Shown here in pieces: positions 63,623-64,000 of a stretch of DNA of 64,000 nucleotides. Position 1 is the first letter of the stretch; each line of letters starts with the position of its first letter. The DNA lies in contig NC_042998.1 of assembly GCF_006345805.1 (NCBI RefSeq), positions 139,996,001 through 140,060,000 of the forward strand. Direction: 5' to 3'. This DNA is from Octopus sinensis. Lineage: Eukaryota. A program made the translations under genes and the position numbers. The notes below the pieces were generated by a model, which saw only the letters and a list, made by a program, of their open reading frames with translations, did no database searches and was not told the DNA's origin.

Positions 63623-64000
63623 CGCTCACTCGTGTGTGTGTATAGATAGATAGACAGACAGACAGACATACATACATACCTACCTATTTCTTTATTACCC
63701 ACAAGGGGCTAAACACAGAGAGGACAAACAAGGACAGACAAAAGGATTAAGTCGATTACATCGACCCCAGTGCGTAACTGGTACTTATTTAATCGACCTT
63801 GAAAGGATGAAAGGCAAAGTTGACCTCAGCGGAATTTGAACTCAGAATGTAGCAGCTGACGATATACCGGTAGGCATTTCATCTGGTGTGCTAACGTTTC
63901 TGCCAGCTCGCCTAACTACCTACCTACCTACATACATGCATACATACATACATACATACATACATACATGACTTTATGGGTAATAAGATTGTTTCCCAAC

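Overview
Eukaryotic, AT-rich, extremely microsatellite-dense DNA. From recognition of the SINE repertoire it is most consistent with an octopus (coleoid cephalopod) genome; this is an inference, not a database result. The window lies wholly inside one plus-strand gene, a CEP112 (CCDC46) ortholog. I can trace 12 consecutive GT-AG coding exons (2694-58614; 1395 nt, 465 codons) that splice in frame, and the gene's start and end are outside the window. Introns are filled with tRNA-type SINEs (several families, labelled A-D and F here), TTAA/piggyBac-type, hAT and mariner MITEs, a full-length dead mariner, a DD37D remnant, and R4/Dong, CR1 and RTE LINE fragments. Most ORFs in the supplied track are microsatellite artefacts. 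The best finding is in intron 2: two 246-bp direct repeats (5 mismatches), each carrying a complete type I hammerhead ribozyme fold in the sense orientation of the pre-mRNA. Each has a compensatory U3-A8 core instead of C3-G8 and a self-complementary short stem III, an architecture like retrozymes or Penelope-type repeats. A separate CpG-decayed Penelope-type hammerhead sits at 37.7 kb. No rRNA, intact tRNA or CRISPR features are supportable.
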